Below are positions 21,019 through 30,442 of a stretch of 64,000 nt of DNA, in pieces (within the stretch, counting starts at the first letter, position 1; each line of letters starts with the position of its first letter). A program made the translations under genes and the position numbers. The stretch is from a virus. Lineage: Duplodnaviria > Caudoviricetes. The notes under the pieces are model-generated. The model was not told the origin of the DNA. It saw only the letters and a list, made by a program, of their open reading frames with translations, and searched no databases. Where the stretch lies: positions 160,001-224,000 of IMG/VR virus record IMGVR_UViG_3300029288_000063. One strand, written 5' to 3'.

Positions 21019-21786
21019 ATGAAGATTCTTGTTACAAGTGGCGGAACGAGGATTCCGATTGACCGGGTCCGGCATATCGCAAACATGTCGCAGGGGACGT
21101 TTGGTGCTGAAATTGCGAAAGAGTTTCTCCTACATGGTCACAATGTTGAATTTCTTCGTGCCGAACGGTCGAAGTCGCCGTTTCAGTTGACGCTTGATTT
21201 CAACAAGAGTTCGGCTGTGGAAGCCGTGCGTGATTTTGCCGATATGGCTTCTTTTTCCAGTGGGAGTCTTGCAAAATATCACGAAACCACGTATAAAACG
21301 TTTGACGATTATGCCCGTGAGCTGAAGGCGTTGGTGTGCCCCGAATACCCGGCAGAAAAGCCAGACGTTGTTTTTCTTGCCGCAGCCGTGTCTGATTATG
21401 GAACGAAGCCGCTGAAAGGCAAGGTGCGTTCCAGTGCGGCTGATATGTCCATCCACCTTCATAAGCTGCCGAAGCTTATCCGGATGGTGAAGCGGTGGAA
21501 TCCGGAAGTGTTTCTTGTTGGGTTCAAATTGTTGGTCGATTCGACTCCCGACGAACTGGAGATGGCTGCCAGAAAGACCATGAAGGCGAACAAGTGCGAT
21601 ATGGTTATCGCTAATGACCTTCGTGACATTCAAAACAACGACCACACCCTGAGGGTTTTTGTTCCCGGCAGCGATGTTGTTGTGATGAGGAAGTCCGAAG
21701 GTTCGTTGGCGTCTCGCGTTGCGAGTATGTCCGTCTCGCGTTGTAAGGAGATGTGGCATCCTAAACAAAAAAGGAAATCAAAGTGA
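21019..21786 (+). CDS. coaB: phosphopantothenate-cysteine ligase
   Basis: ILVTSGGT, IDRVRHIANMSQGTFG, AAAVSDY, LVGFKL, VIANDL. Confidence 0.9.
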   Translation: MKILVTSGGTRIPIDRVRHIANMSQGTFGAEIAKEFLLHGHNVEFLRAERSKSPFQLTLDFNKSSAVEAVRDFADMASFSSGSLAKYHETTYKTFDDYARELKALVCPEYPAEKPDVVFLAAAVSDYGTKPLKGKVRSSAADMSIHLHKLPKLIRMVKRWNPEVFLVGFKLLVDSTPDELEMAARKTMKANKCDMVIANDLRDIQNNDHTLRVFVPGSDVVVMRKSEGSLASRVASMSVSRCKEMWHPKQKRKSK

Positions 21787-22901
21787 AGATTCTGCTTGGG
21801 GTAACTGGTTCCGTTGCGGCCACCCTTACACCGAAGATGGTGAAAGCCCTTTCTGCAATTGGTGAAGTCGCTGTCGTCTGTACTGAAAACTCGAAATACT
21901 TCTTCAACCCGTCAGAGCTTGGTGTCCCGGTTTATTCCGACCGTGACGAGTGGTATGACGCGAATGGAGAAAAGATTTGGAAGAAAAAGGGTGACCCGGT
22001 TCGTCATATCGACCTTCGGAAAGAATATGGGGTGTTGGTTGTTGCACCTCTGTCCGCCAATACTGCCGCGAAGTTTGCCAACGGTATTGCCGACAACCTA
22101 TTGACAAGTCTTTTCCTTGCGTGGGACAACGTGAAGACACGTGTTGCGGCACCCTCCATGAACACCTTGATGTTCGAAAACCCGAAAACAAGGTTGAATC
22201 TTATGAGCGTCGGACAATATGCGATCATTGTTCCACCAATATCGAAAGTGTTGGCGTGCAACGAAGAGGGTGTTGGTGCGATGGCACTCATCGACGACAT
22301 TGTTGCTCGGGTGAAGACCGTTACGAGGTGGGTGTTTCCACTCGAAGATGTTTGTCCGGGCATTCCTGTTGGCGTGCATCCGGGTGCCTTTGGGGCGCAG
22401 CGTCGCCGTTCGTTCCACACGGGTGTTGACCTGTATTGCCCGGAAGGCTCGGTTGTGAGAGCGGTTGAGTCGGGTAGGGTTGTTGGTGTTGAACGTTTCA
22501 CGGGTGAGTCTGTTGGTTCCCCGTGGTGGAACGAGACTGACGCCCTGTTGATTGAAGGTTCGTCCGGCGTTGTGTGTTATGGCGAAATCAAGGTGTCGGA
22601 CGACATCTCCGTCGGTGATGTTGTTTTTGATGGGGGAAAAGTTGGACATGTTGTTCCGGTTGTCAAGGAAGGTCGGGAGCGTCCTGATGTTCCGGGGCAT
22701 TCGCGTTCGATGCTTCACCTTGAGCTGTATTGCAACGGGCGTACAAGTGTGTCGTCCCATTGGGGTTTGGATTCTGAAAAACACGACTATATGTTGGACC
22801 CGACAAAGATGATTCTGGAATCGGAAAATTGCCCGCCGGTGAGTTTCGATATGCCGTCGTGGCCGGATGAAATCGCGAAGGTCCGTGAAAATGTGGGGTA
22901 G
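21783..22901 (+). CDS. coaC: phosphopantothenoylcysteine decarboxylase (HFCD flavoprotein) fused to an M23-like domain
   Basis: N-half: ILLGVTGSVA, HIDL, APLSANT, GIADNL, PSMN, LACNEEGVGAM; C-half: HTGVDL, VRAVESGRV, YGEI, LHLEL. Confidence 0.85.
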   Translation: MKILLGVTGSVAATLTPKMVKALSAIGEVAVVCTENSKYFFNPSELGVPVYSDRDEWYDANGEKIWKKKGDPVRHIDLRKEYGVLVVAPLSANTAAKFANGIADNLLTSLFLAWDNVKTRVAAPSMNTLMFENPKTRLNLMSVGQYAIIVPPISKVLACNEEGVGAMALIDDIVARVKTVTRWVFPLEDVCPGIPVGVHPGAFGAQRRRSFHTGVDLYCPEGSVVRAVESGRVVGVERFTGESVGSPWWNETDALLIEGSSGVVCYGEIKVSDDISVGDVVFDGGKVGHVVPVVKEGRERPDVPGHSRSMLHLELYCNGRTSVSSHWGLDSEKHDYMLDPTKMILESENCPPVSFDMPSWPDEIAKVRENVG

Positions 22902-23184
22902 CAAGAACGAGAATTGTCTTGCCGGTATGGCCTGCCCGAGTTGTGGTTCGGAAGGTCCGTTTAGTATTGTCTCGACGTGTATTGCCGAGTGGACTGACGA
23001 CGGGACGGAGGAAGCAAGCGATTTGGAGTTTGACGATGATTCACACTGTCGTTGTATGGCGTGTGATTTTTGTGAGGTGGTAGACAAGTTCAGGAAACCA
23101 CAAATGCCCGGTGCGTTATTGGTTGTTTTGGCGGACAAAGAGGAGTTTGCCGATGTGGAAGGAAAACATCCGGAAGAACATTAA
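22891..23184 (+). CDS. hypothetical Zn-ribbon protein
   Basis: CPSCG...CMACD. Confidence 0.6.
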   Translation: MWGSKNENCLAGMACPSCGSEGPFSIVSTCIAEWTDDGTEEASDLEFDDDSHCRCMACDFCEVVDKFRKPQMPGALLVVLADKEEFADVEGKHPEEH

Positions 23185-23197
23185 GGCTCTTGGTCAT

Positions 23198-23467
23198 ATG
23201 TATTTAAAGGGTGGAATCGTTCTGAATGTCGTTCGCCTTCGTCTTGGTGAGCGATATATTGTTTTTGGTCGTGAGGTTCGTTTTATCAAGGTCACCCCGA
23301 AAGGGTATAATTTCCTTGACGAGTCGACCAACTGTTGTGTGCTTCGTCGTCATGTGTACGAAACGAAGAAAAGTATCTCTCAGCGAGAAAATGGCTCGCA
23401 CACCGATGGTACGGTAAAGGTTCGCGTCGCGAGCCTGATGCGTATATCGGAGTGTTGTGCGGGTTGA
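23198..23467 (+). CDS. hypothetical protein
   Basis: FIKVTPKGYNFL motif; start uncertain. Confidence 0.5.
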   Translation: MYLKGGIVLNVVRLRLGERYIVFGREVRFIKVTPKGYNFLDESTNCCVLRRHVYETKKSISQRENGSHTDGTVKVRVASLMRISECCAG

Positions 23468-23480
23468 TGTGGAGAAAAAG

Positions 23481-23783
23481 ATGTCGATGTGTTGTCCCGG
23501 TGCTGCGTCTCCCGTTGTGGTTCCTGATACATCCAGTGAGACGCGTTTGTGTCCGCAGTATCATGTGATGCTTCACAACGACGACGTAAATGATATGTGG
23601 CACGTCTGTCGGAGTTTAATGAGCATTCTTAGTCACAATGAAGAGGATGCTATCGAGATAATGCTGAAGGCGCACAATGAAGGCGTTGCGGTGGCGAAAA
23701 CGGAATCGAAGGAACATGCCGAGTTTCATCAGGAACAGCTTCAGGCTGTTTCCCTGACCGTTACTATTGAACCGGCAGAATAA
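23481..23783 (+). CDS. clpS: ClpS-like N-degron adaptor
   Basis: YHVMLHNDDVNDM, IMLKAHNEGVAV, KEHAE, LTVTIEP. Confidence 0.85.
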   Translation: MSMCCPGAASPVVVPDTSSETRLCPQYHVMLHNDDVNDMWHVCRSLMSILSHNEEDAIEIMLKAHNEGVAVAKTESKEHAEFHQEQLQAVSLTVTIEPAE

Positions 23784-23796
23784 AAATAATTTTTAT

Positions 23797-23823
23797 CCTG
23801 TTTTCCTTTCCGGTTCGATTGGT
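23797..23823 (+). promoter_or_regulatory. variant of the bipartite motif (spacer 1 nt shorter)
   Basis: CCTGTTTT-N11-CGATTGGT. Confidence 0.35.
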
Positions 23824-23892
23824 ATCATGATGTGATGCTTCCCCGTGTGTGGGGTCAACTAACAGTCCGAGTGTGGACAAAGGAGGAATGTG

Positions 23893-24684
23893 ATGAAGTA
23901 CGAAGCGGTGTGGGATATTGTTGTTGGTTTGTTTGACAGTCTCGACAGAAGCGTGAAAAGGGCGAAGGGGAAGCTGTTGGAAGGTCTGTTGATGGCGTAC
24001 AATGACCTTTCCAACGACATTGACAGAGCGCGCCTTCTTATCGACATCGAGAAGAAATTCGGGGTGGAGTATTCATTCCTCCTTATGATGATGTCTGTCG
24101 GGTTCCCGGTCAAGTTCGTTCTTGAAGAGCAACGGGTAGTTGGTGTCCTCAAGAAGGCTTCGAGGTATGTCGTTAAGAAAGGCGTTTTGAAGCAGATTCT
24201 GGAACTCAACAGCGATTCGGATTGGCCGTCCGCAACGCTCGTCAAGGGTGTGTCGGTTCTCGAAGTGTTCTGGCTCGTGTACAAGTACAAGCTGGTTGTT
24301 CTCGGGGAAAACGACGTTTACGCCGACAAGACGTCTCGATGGCTGAAGGTCGTCCGCCTTTTGGGTGGCATTAACGGCGGCAACCACACCGGCGTCAACC
24401 TCGAACTTTGCAATCCGAAAATCGAAGAGCGCTCGAATTGTGGGTGCTCGAAGTCCGGACCCACGTTGGCGGTGACGATGGAGTGGCGCAATCACCCCAC
24501 CCGTTCACACCCGTTCATTCCCTATGTCGACGTCATGAAGGCTGGTTTGGGTGCTCTGTGCGGTGACGACTCGCACGCTGTGGTTGTTGAATTTGTCGGC
24601 ATCCTGAACGACCTGAAGCGCAAGAATCCGGAGTGTTCGGCGTTGTTCATGGCGATTGCAAAGGCTGTGAACAGCAAGAAGTAA
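23893..24684 (+). CDS. hypothetical protein
   Basis: AGGAGG RBS; long ORF. Confidence 0.7.
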   Translation: MKYEAVWDIVVGLFDSLDRSVKRAKGKLLEGLLMAYNDLSNDIDRARLLIDIEKKFGVEYSFLLMMMSVGFPVKFVLEEQRVVGVLKKASRYVVKKGVLKQILELNSDSDWPSATLVKGVSVLEVFWLVYKYKLVVLGENDVYADKTSRWLKVVRLLGGINGGNHTGVNLELCNPKIEERSNCGCSKSGPTLAVTMEWRNHPTRSHPFIPYVDVMKAGLGALCGDDSHAVVVEFVGILNDLKRKNPECSALFMAIAKAVNSKK

Positions 24685-24694
24685 TTCATGGCGG

Positions 24695-24723
24695 TTGACA
24701 GTTCGTGTGTTTTTCATAAAAAT
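24695..24723 (+). promoter_or_regulatory. sigma70-like promoter
   Basis: perfect TTGACA followed after 16 nt by TAAAAAT. Confidence 0.55.
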
Positions 24724-24746
24724 CATTCCAAAGAAGGAATCATATC

Positions 24747-26033
24747 ATGTCGCGTAGGTACAAAAAGACAAAAAAGTCCGCCTTGAAGATTGCAACAAAG
24801 TCCGTTGCCCCAAAGGTGCAGCCAGATATCAAGGATATGCTTGTCCGCACTCTGCGGAGGAACGGCGCAACGGAAGCAGAAATCGAAGCAATTTTTTCTC
24901 CGGAAAATGTTTTCGGTATGCTTCCGAAGCAGGAGATGATTGCCGCCAAAAACCTCTGTGTTGTGAACCCCGAACAGTTTTTCGACTTTTCCGACTCCGA
25001 CAAGCAAAAGGTTCTCGAAAACACCAAGTCGGATGTCCCTGTGATTCACAGTGTCAGCGTTGTGAAGAGGAAACACATTTTCAAGGTACACAAGCAGATT
25101 TTCTTGGAAGATGATGGGCGCATGTATTCCCCCATCCATGCATGTCGGTACAGGGGCGTAGTCCACATTTCGAGTGGTCGCAATCGTCTGATTGGGTTTA
25201 TCCTCACCGGCGTTGTCACCGCTGAGACGCTGGTTCCCGTCTTGGTTTACGATGTTGACAGTAAAGCCAAGATTAGCCGTTTGGTTGTGGAAGCCAACGA
25301 CTGTCGTTCGTCTGGTACACAAGAACGGTCGGTCGCGAACGTGTCTTGGTATTGTGAGCGTAGTCGGAAAGAAAGGCCGGAAGAGTGCGAGGACGGAATA
25401 ATTCCCATGTTTGGTCTTACGCCGTCAAAGTGGCTTAGATTGTCGGTCACTTCTCGGTTTTCAGCGATCTCGATGGATGCATGCAACCTTCCTCAAGTTA
25501 CTTTTCCATTTCGCATAGACGATGGTTTCCAATATACGGCTAACCTCGTGAGCTTCAGGAATCTCAATCCTTCTGGTATAATCTTTTGTTCGTGGGTACT
25601 TAAACACAAGAGTCGTGCCGGAGAGGTGTTGGAGCGTTCTGCAATCCCGCAGTTTGTGACGTTTATTTCTGGTCTGTATGAAAAATCCAAGGCGCTTGGG
25701 AAAGAAACACAGTTCTTCGAACTCGTTCGTGCTGGAAATAACGAAGGACTCAAGATTATCAGCGCGATTGTGTCCAACTTGCTGTATGGTGAAGGTATCG
25801 AATACTCCGAGGTGGATTTTCAGGAGCGTGTGAATCCCATCGTCGACAACATCCTGACGCTTCTCGGTGATGGCTCCTGTACCTCCGGAGAGGTCATGCG
25901 TGCAAAACTCGCTCTGCTGTTGACGGATAATGTTGAGGCGGCGGAAAAACTGTTGCTCGACATCTTCATGCCGGAGACAGCTGCAAAAGCGTTGGCCGAA
26001 ATGAAAAATGTCACAGTGAAAAAGGTTGCATAG
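24747..26033 (+). CDS. hypothetical protein with a possible ParB/Srx-like domain
   Basis: SPIHAC...HISSGRNRL resembles the ParB GxxR motif. Confidence 0.5.
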   Translation: MSRRYKKTKKSALKIATKSVAPKVQPDIKDMLVRTLRRNGATEAEIEAIFSPENVFGMLPKQEMIAAKNLCVVNPEQFFDFSDSDKQKVLENTKSDVPVIHSVSVVKRKHIFKVHKQIFLEDDGRMYSPIHACRYRGVVHISSGRNRLIGFILTGVVTAETLVPVLVYDVDSKAKISRLVVEANDCRSSGTQERSVANVSWYCERSRKERPEECEDGIIPMFGLTPSKWLRLSVTSRFSAISMDACNLPQVTFPFRIDDGFQYTANLVSFRNLNPSGIIFCSWVLKHKSRAGEVLERSAIPQFVTFISGLYEKSKALGKETQFFELVRAGNNEGLKIISAIVSNLLYGEGIEYSEVDFQERVNPIVDNILTLLGDGSCTSGEVMRAKLALLLTDNVEAAEKLLLDIFMPETAAKALAEMKNVTVKKVA

Positions 26034-26061
26034 CAAAACTTGTCCGTTTGCTGTGTATAAT

Positions 26062-26099
26062 CAGGGGTTCGGGGATTGTCCTCGAATCCCTGTTTTTTT
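26062..26099 (+). terminator. rho-independent terminator
   Basis: CAGGGGTTCGGGGA-ttg-TCCTCGAATCCCTG followed by T7. Confidence 0.8.
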
Positions 26100-26110
26100 G
26101 GAGTGCCGTC

Positions 26111-27457
26111 GTGCTGAAATCCATTGAAATTGTAAACTTCGAAAGTCACGCCCACACCATTATGGAAGACTTTTCGCCGGGGTTCAACCTGATTCGTGGA
26201 CCATCAAACTTCGGGAAAACGTCTATCATCCGCGCCTTGCGTTTGGTTTGCTTCAACGAGTTTAATCCGGAATCCGTTCGTATTGGAACCAAGTTTTGCG
26301 AGGTGACGCTGACCACTGACCGTGGCGTCGTGAAGGTTCGTCGTGGTGAGAAGGTCAACAAGTGGGAGGTCACCCCTAAAGGAGAACAGACCAAACACTT
26401 TGAGAAAATCGGTACAGAGCTGTTGCCGGATGTTATCGAGGTCACTGGGATGCAGCCGGTTTCGTTGGGCAACGTCGCGTTCAATGCCAACATTATGGAC
26501 CAGCTCGAAGGTCATTTCCTCATTGACGAGTTGGATGGCAAAAGCGCGTCCGGTTCTATGCGTGCGCAGATTGTCGACGAGATTTCCGGGCTGTCGGGTA
26601 TCGAGGGGTTGATTCGTGAGGTTTCACTGGATAACCTCCGCAACGGCAAGGACGTCAAGCGTCTGGAGGAAGAAGCGAAAGAGTTGGTTTCCGGGATGTA
26701 CGATAAAGACTCCTTGGTTTCCGAAGAGGGGAAGCTTGATCAAGCCAGCAAGCTTCTCGCAATGTCCGAAGGGAAGCGGTCGCAAGCCAACGACATAGAT
26801 GAGGCTGCCGTTGATATTGGGAAGGCGCAGAAATCCGTTCAGGGTGCCCGTGGCGCGTTGGACGCCCTGCCGGATATAGAGAAGGCGCTTAAGAGGCTCA
26901 AAAGTGCGGACAAGTCCGCCTCGGACTTTTCCTCGATGTCGTCGTTTCTGTCGGCACACGTTAAAACAGAAGCCACGGCAACAGGTGTCCGGTTTGAGCT
27001 GATGTCGATTCCTGACTCGGATGGTGCGAAGGACTTGCTTATCCGTTCCGGCGAGATGATTGGTGATGTTTCGGAAGCGGTAGAGGTGCTGTCGTCTATC
27101 GGGAAAACAACGTCTACGATAGATGGGCTAAAGAAAGAACTTGAAGGGATTCCTGACGTTGTTGCTGTTTCGAAGGTTGCGAAGCGGTTGGACGGGTTGG
27201 TTGTCGATTTGGGTGGTATGGTGGAAATGATGGCTGCCCTCGGCAAAGCACAATCATCGTCCTCGTTGGCGCGTTGCGAGTTGGAGATTGCGTCTGAACA
27301 ATATGCTGCCGCCTGTACTGAGGTTGATGCCGTTTTAGCTGAAGTTTCAATTTGTCCGTTCTGTCAGAAGCCGATTGACGGTAAAGTTCATAAGCATGTG
27401 GAGCCTGTGGCAATTCAGGAACCTCCGGTTCGCCGGGCGCGAGTGAAAAAATCTTAG
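26111..27457 (+). CDS. SbcC/Rad50-like ATPase, N-terminal half
   Basis: IEIVNFESH, Walker A GPSNFGKTS, Q-loop, coiled coil ending in a CPFC zinc hook; no Walker B. Confidence 0.8.
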   Translation: MLKSIEIVNFESHAHTIMEDFSPGFNLIRGPSNFGKTSIIRALRLVCFNEFNPESVRIGTKFCEVTLTTDRGVVKVRRGEKVNKWEVTPKGEQTKHFEKIGTELLPDVIEVTGMQPVSLGNVAFNANIMDQLEGHFLIDELDGKSASGSMRAQIVDEISGLSGIEGLIREVSLDNLRNGKDVKRLEEEAKELVSGMYDKDSLVSEEGKLDQASKLLAMSEGKRSQANDIDEAAVDIGKAQKSVQGARGALDALPDIEKALKRLKSADKSASDFSSMSSFLSAHVKTEATATGVRFELMSIPDSDGAKDLLIRSGEMIGDVSEAVEVLSSIGKTTSTIDGLKKELEGIPDVVAVSKVAKRLDGLVVDLGGMVEMMAALGKAQSSSSLARCELEIASEQYAAACTEVDAVLAEVSICPFCQKPIDGKVHKHVEPVAIQEPPVRRARVKKS

Positions 27458-27467
27458 GGAGACGGTT

Positions 27468-27848
27468 ATGGTTGGTCGATTGGTGAAGGTCAATGTGAAC
27501 GGTGTTGGAATGGTGAGCGGCGTGCTGCTGCGTGACACCAAGGAGTTGATGATTATCCGTGGTGAAGACGGCATAGTAACCACGGTTGTCAAGAAGTGGG
27601 TGACGATGTTCCGGGTTGCAGATACCGAGCAGCGTCCGTGCATTTATGTTTATGGTGTTAAAGACGGTGATGGGAAGGATTCCGGCGTACGATTCTTCCG
27701 TGTGGGTGAACCGTCCGAAAACGATGGGAAGATTCTGCTTGGTGCCGTGTCTGTCAAAGGGAAGCCCTTCCTGCTGGGTGAAATCAGCGAGCTTTCCGAA
27801 GAAGAGCTGAAAAAATCATTGGATGGTACAATAACGGGTGATAACTGA
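27468..27848 (+). CDS. hypothetical protein
   Basis: GGGAG RBS; operonic. Confidence 0.65.
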   Translation: MVGRLVKVNVNGVGMVSGVLLRDTKELMIIRGEDGIVTTVVKKWVTMFRVADTEQRPCIYVYGVKDGDGKDSGVRFFRVGEPSENDGKILLGAVSVKGKPFLLGEISELSEEELKKSLDGTITGDN

Positions 27849-27859
27849 GGGAGTGTGGC

Positions 27860-28120
27860 ATGCCGAAAGTTTTTGACACAGAAGGCTTGATGGAGAGAAT
27901 GCGTCAGGCCAGAGAGCGTGCGGATGAGCTGAGTGCAACCAAAAGTCGGTTGACCGGCGAGTTGGCGACCCATGAAAAGCGTTTGAAAGAGCTTGCGGAT
28001 GACTGCGAGAGACGCTTTGGGGTGACGGTTGAAGAATTGCCGGACAAGGTTTCCGCCCTGTATGCGGAGGCCGAAAAATTGGTGTTGGATGCCGAAAATA
28101 TTCTCGGTGAGGAGGAATGA
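27860..28120 (+). CDS. small coiled-coil protein
   Basis: heptad-like pattern; GAGGGAG RBS. Confidence 0.65.
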   Translation: MPKVFDTEGLMERMRQARERADELSATKSRLTGELATHEKRLKELADDCERRFGVTVEELPDKVSALYAEAEKLVLDAENILGEEE

Positions 28121-28692
28121 TGTCGAATTTGTTTGTTGGTCTTGACCTGTCGCTGACGTCGTCGGGTATGTGTTTGAAATCTGACGGGAAGGTTGTTGTC
28201 ATCGAGTCGGTGAAGACGGTTCCGAATTACTTCACGTGTGACCTTGAGCGGTATGCGCATATCGTCGATAAGGTTCTTGCGTTCATCCCGGAAGATGTGG
28301 CGTTGGTTGTGGTCGAGGACTTCTTCACACCCACCAACTCCGCCCAAATCGGTTCGGCGATGAAGTTGATTGGTTTGGGTCATCTCGTTCGGATGCGCAT
28401 GTACCAAAAGAAGATTCCGTTTGTCGTGCCCGCGCCGACCCAGTTGAAGAAGTTTGTGTCCGGGAAAGGCACCTGCCCGAAGGACATGATTTGCAAGGAA
28501 GTTTGGAAGAAGTGGGCCGTCGACACAAGTGATGATGACCAAGCGGATGCCGTGGTTGGTGCTAATCTTGCGGAAACGTTGGCGTGTAAGATGCGTGGCG
28601 GGGATGTGACTGAACTCCCGAAGTATCAATTGGAAGTCGTTTCGGCGGTTCTGCAAGACCGTCCGTTCTACAACCGCGAGAGCTTCAAGTAA
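28117..28692 (+). CDS. RuvC-like Holliday junction resolvase
   Basis: VGLDLSLTSSG, VVVED, PTQLKKFVSGKG, DDQADA. Confidence 0.85.
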   Translation: MMSNLFVGLDLSLTSSGMCLKSDGKVVVIESVKTVPNYFTCDLERYAHIVDKVLAFIPEDVALVVVEDFFTPTNSAQIGSAMKLIGLGHLVRMRMYQKKIPFVVPAPTQLKKFVSGKGTCPKDMICKEVWKKWAVDTSDDDQADAVVGANLAETLACKMRGGDVTELPKYQLEVVSAVLQDRPFYNRESFK

Positions 28693-28720
28693 ACACCCAA
28701 CGACCTGCAATATTTTTTAT

Positions 28721-28752
28721 ATCCGTCCCGTGGTATGGGACGGATTTTTTTT
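28721..28752 (+). terminator. rho-independent terminator
   Basis: ATCCGTCCCG-tggta-TGGGACGGAT followed by a T tract. Confidence 0.75.
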
Positions 28753-28762
28753 GGAGACAAAA

Positions 28763-29074
28763 ATGTATAGATTGGTCGTTGCGAAAGAATTGGTTGCCAT
28801 CTCCAAGACGTTGGTAGGTACAACTATTCGCGAGAAACTGAAACAGTATCCTGTGCGTTCGCGTGTGTGGCGGTTGACACGTGAGCATGGTCGGGATGTT
28901 TTTGTTGCGGAAGCCTCCGATTTTGGTTCGTCTGTCATTGTTGACCCGTGGGGTCGCAAAATCGACATGCGCCACATGAAGGAAGATATTGCCGCCGAGG
29001 ATGAGATTGTTGGATGGAGTGGTCGCACCACGGTTGATGGTATTCCGGTTGACCTCTACATCATCAATGACTAA
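28763..29074 (+). CDS. hypothetical protein with N-terminal helical tag
   Basis: MYRLVVAKELVAISKTLVG; GGAG RBS. Confidence 0.75.
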   Translation: MYRLVVAKELVAISKTLVGTTIREKLKQYPVRSRVWRLTREHGRDVFVAEASDFGSSVIVDPWGRKIDMRHMKEDIAAEDEIVGWSGRTTVDGIPVDLYIIND

Positions 29075-29083
29075 GGAGTAGCG

Positions 29084-29479
29084 ATGAGTATTTGGGAACT
29101 CTACAAGTCCATTTTCAGCCTGAAGGCGGATGACTTTGTTTTGGAAGGCGTGAAGCGTTCCGGTGGCGGCGTAAACCGCTCGAAGGATAAGACCTATCGG
29201 TTTACGGTTGTCCTGTCTGCCCCTGCCCCGGTTCAGTCGTTGGAAATCAGCGAGTCGGTTCAGGTTGTCCTGATAAACCGTGCCCGGCGGTTGCTGAAGA
29301 AGTTGGCAGGTCCGGATTTGGTTGTGCCGGTTAAGTGGGAGGTTGCCACGAAAGACGGTGGGACGAAGAAGAAGACATTCAACTTCGCGGGCAGCATTAC
29401 ACCTCTAACTGTTCTCGGATTCGAGATTTATGACGGGAAGTTTTTTGTGAAAGCCGAAATGCACGGCGTGTTTTATTGA
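29084..29479 (+). CDS. hypothetical protein
   Basis: AAGGAG RBS. Confidence 0.7.
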   Translation: MSIWELYKSIFSLKADDFVLEGVKRSGGGVNRSKDKTYRFTVVLSAPAPVQSLEISESVQVVLINRARRLLKKLAGPDLVVPVKWEVATKDGGTKKKTFNFAGSITPLTVLGFEIYDGKFFVKAEMHGVFY

Positions 29480-30442
29480 TTATTTCCCGTCGTTTGCGTT
29501 TTCTGTCAGGATTTTGCGAAGTGGAAAAACGGGCGCAGTCGTCCGTTTTTTCATTTTGAAGTGGATGAGTCCGTCTCGAACCTCTGTTCCGGTAACCCAA
29601 GGGATTTGTCCGGCTGCCTCGCAGACCCGTGCGGCGAACCTGTGGGGGTTTGTGTCGTCGCTGCCAAGTTGTTGTGCCATCTTCTCGACTCCTATCGCGT
29701 AACGGCGGCGGTTCGGGAGAAAGCTGAGGAGCCAGCGCAGGAAAACCGTCAAAGATCCGCTTCCTTGTCCCTCCTTGTAGTGAATAAACCAAGGGTTTGT
29801 GATAAGTTGTTCGATGTATCCGGGTTGCAGGTGGTATTCTATTCCCGTTTGCCCGGCGTAGTGCCCGCTGACGATGGCGGCGTGTTCCAATGTTATGGCG
29901 GCGTTTTGGAGTCCTGCCTTGAGTGCGGTGCCGTTCTGTTTGTCGGCTATGCGAGCGAAGTCGCTGTATTCGATGGTCAGGATTCTATCCCGCATCCGCC
30001 CGCAAACGATATGGTTTCCGATGCAAAGCATGGTCTGAAAAGCCAGCAGTCCGATATGTCCGTGCTTTGCCCGGCGCGGGGCGAAACGTGGCAATGGCGT
30101 TCGTGGGGCGGCGAGCCAGAGGGTTCTATCAACGGTTGTCGTGTCGATGCTGAGCTGACGTCGTCCGGGATGGCTTGCAGCGTGGCATCGGTCGCAAAGG
30201 GTTGCCGCGCTGACAAGGTCGGATTGATGCCGGATAAGGACGTGGTTATAAGCCTCGTCCCAATCGCCGTAGAATTTGTGGTGGTCCGCGATGCTGTGAT
30301 AAAGACTTTCGATATGGTGGAGGGTTACATTCTCTGTGCTTCCACAGCGAATACAGGCGGCTGCCCGGTTTCTGTCGACCCATTCCGAGTATATTTTGGA
30401 TGCCCGGATGCGTCTGATAATTTCCTGCGCGTTGTTCTTCAT
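29480..30442 (-). CDS. HNH domain fused to a TrfA/Rep-like winged-helix region
   Basis: CIRCG...LHHI...LCDRCHAASH, then ILTIEYSDFAR...NG...LQNAAITL and GVEKMAQQLGSDDT...RFAARVCEA. Confidence 0.6.
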   Translation of the reverse strand: MKNNAQEIIRRIRASKIYSEWVDRNRAAACIRCGSTENVTLHHIESLYHSIADHHKFYGDWDEAYNHVLIRHQSDLVSAATLCDRCHAASHPGRRQLSIDTTTVDRTLWLAAPRTPLPRFAPRRAKHGHIGLLAFQTMLCIGNHIVCGRMRDRILTIEYSDFARIADKQNGTALKAGLQNAAITLEHAAIVSGHYAGQTGIEYHLQPGYIEQLITNPWFIHYKEGQGSGSLTVFLRWLLSFLPNRRRYAIGVEKMAQQLGSDDTNPHRFAARVCEAAGQIPWVTGTEVRDGLIHFKMKKRTTAPVFPLRKILTENANDGK

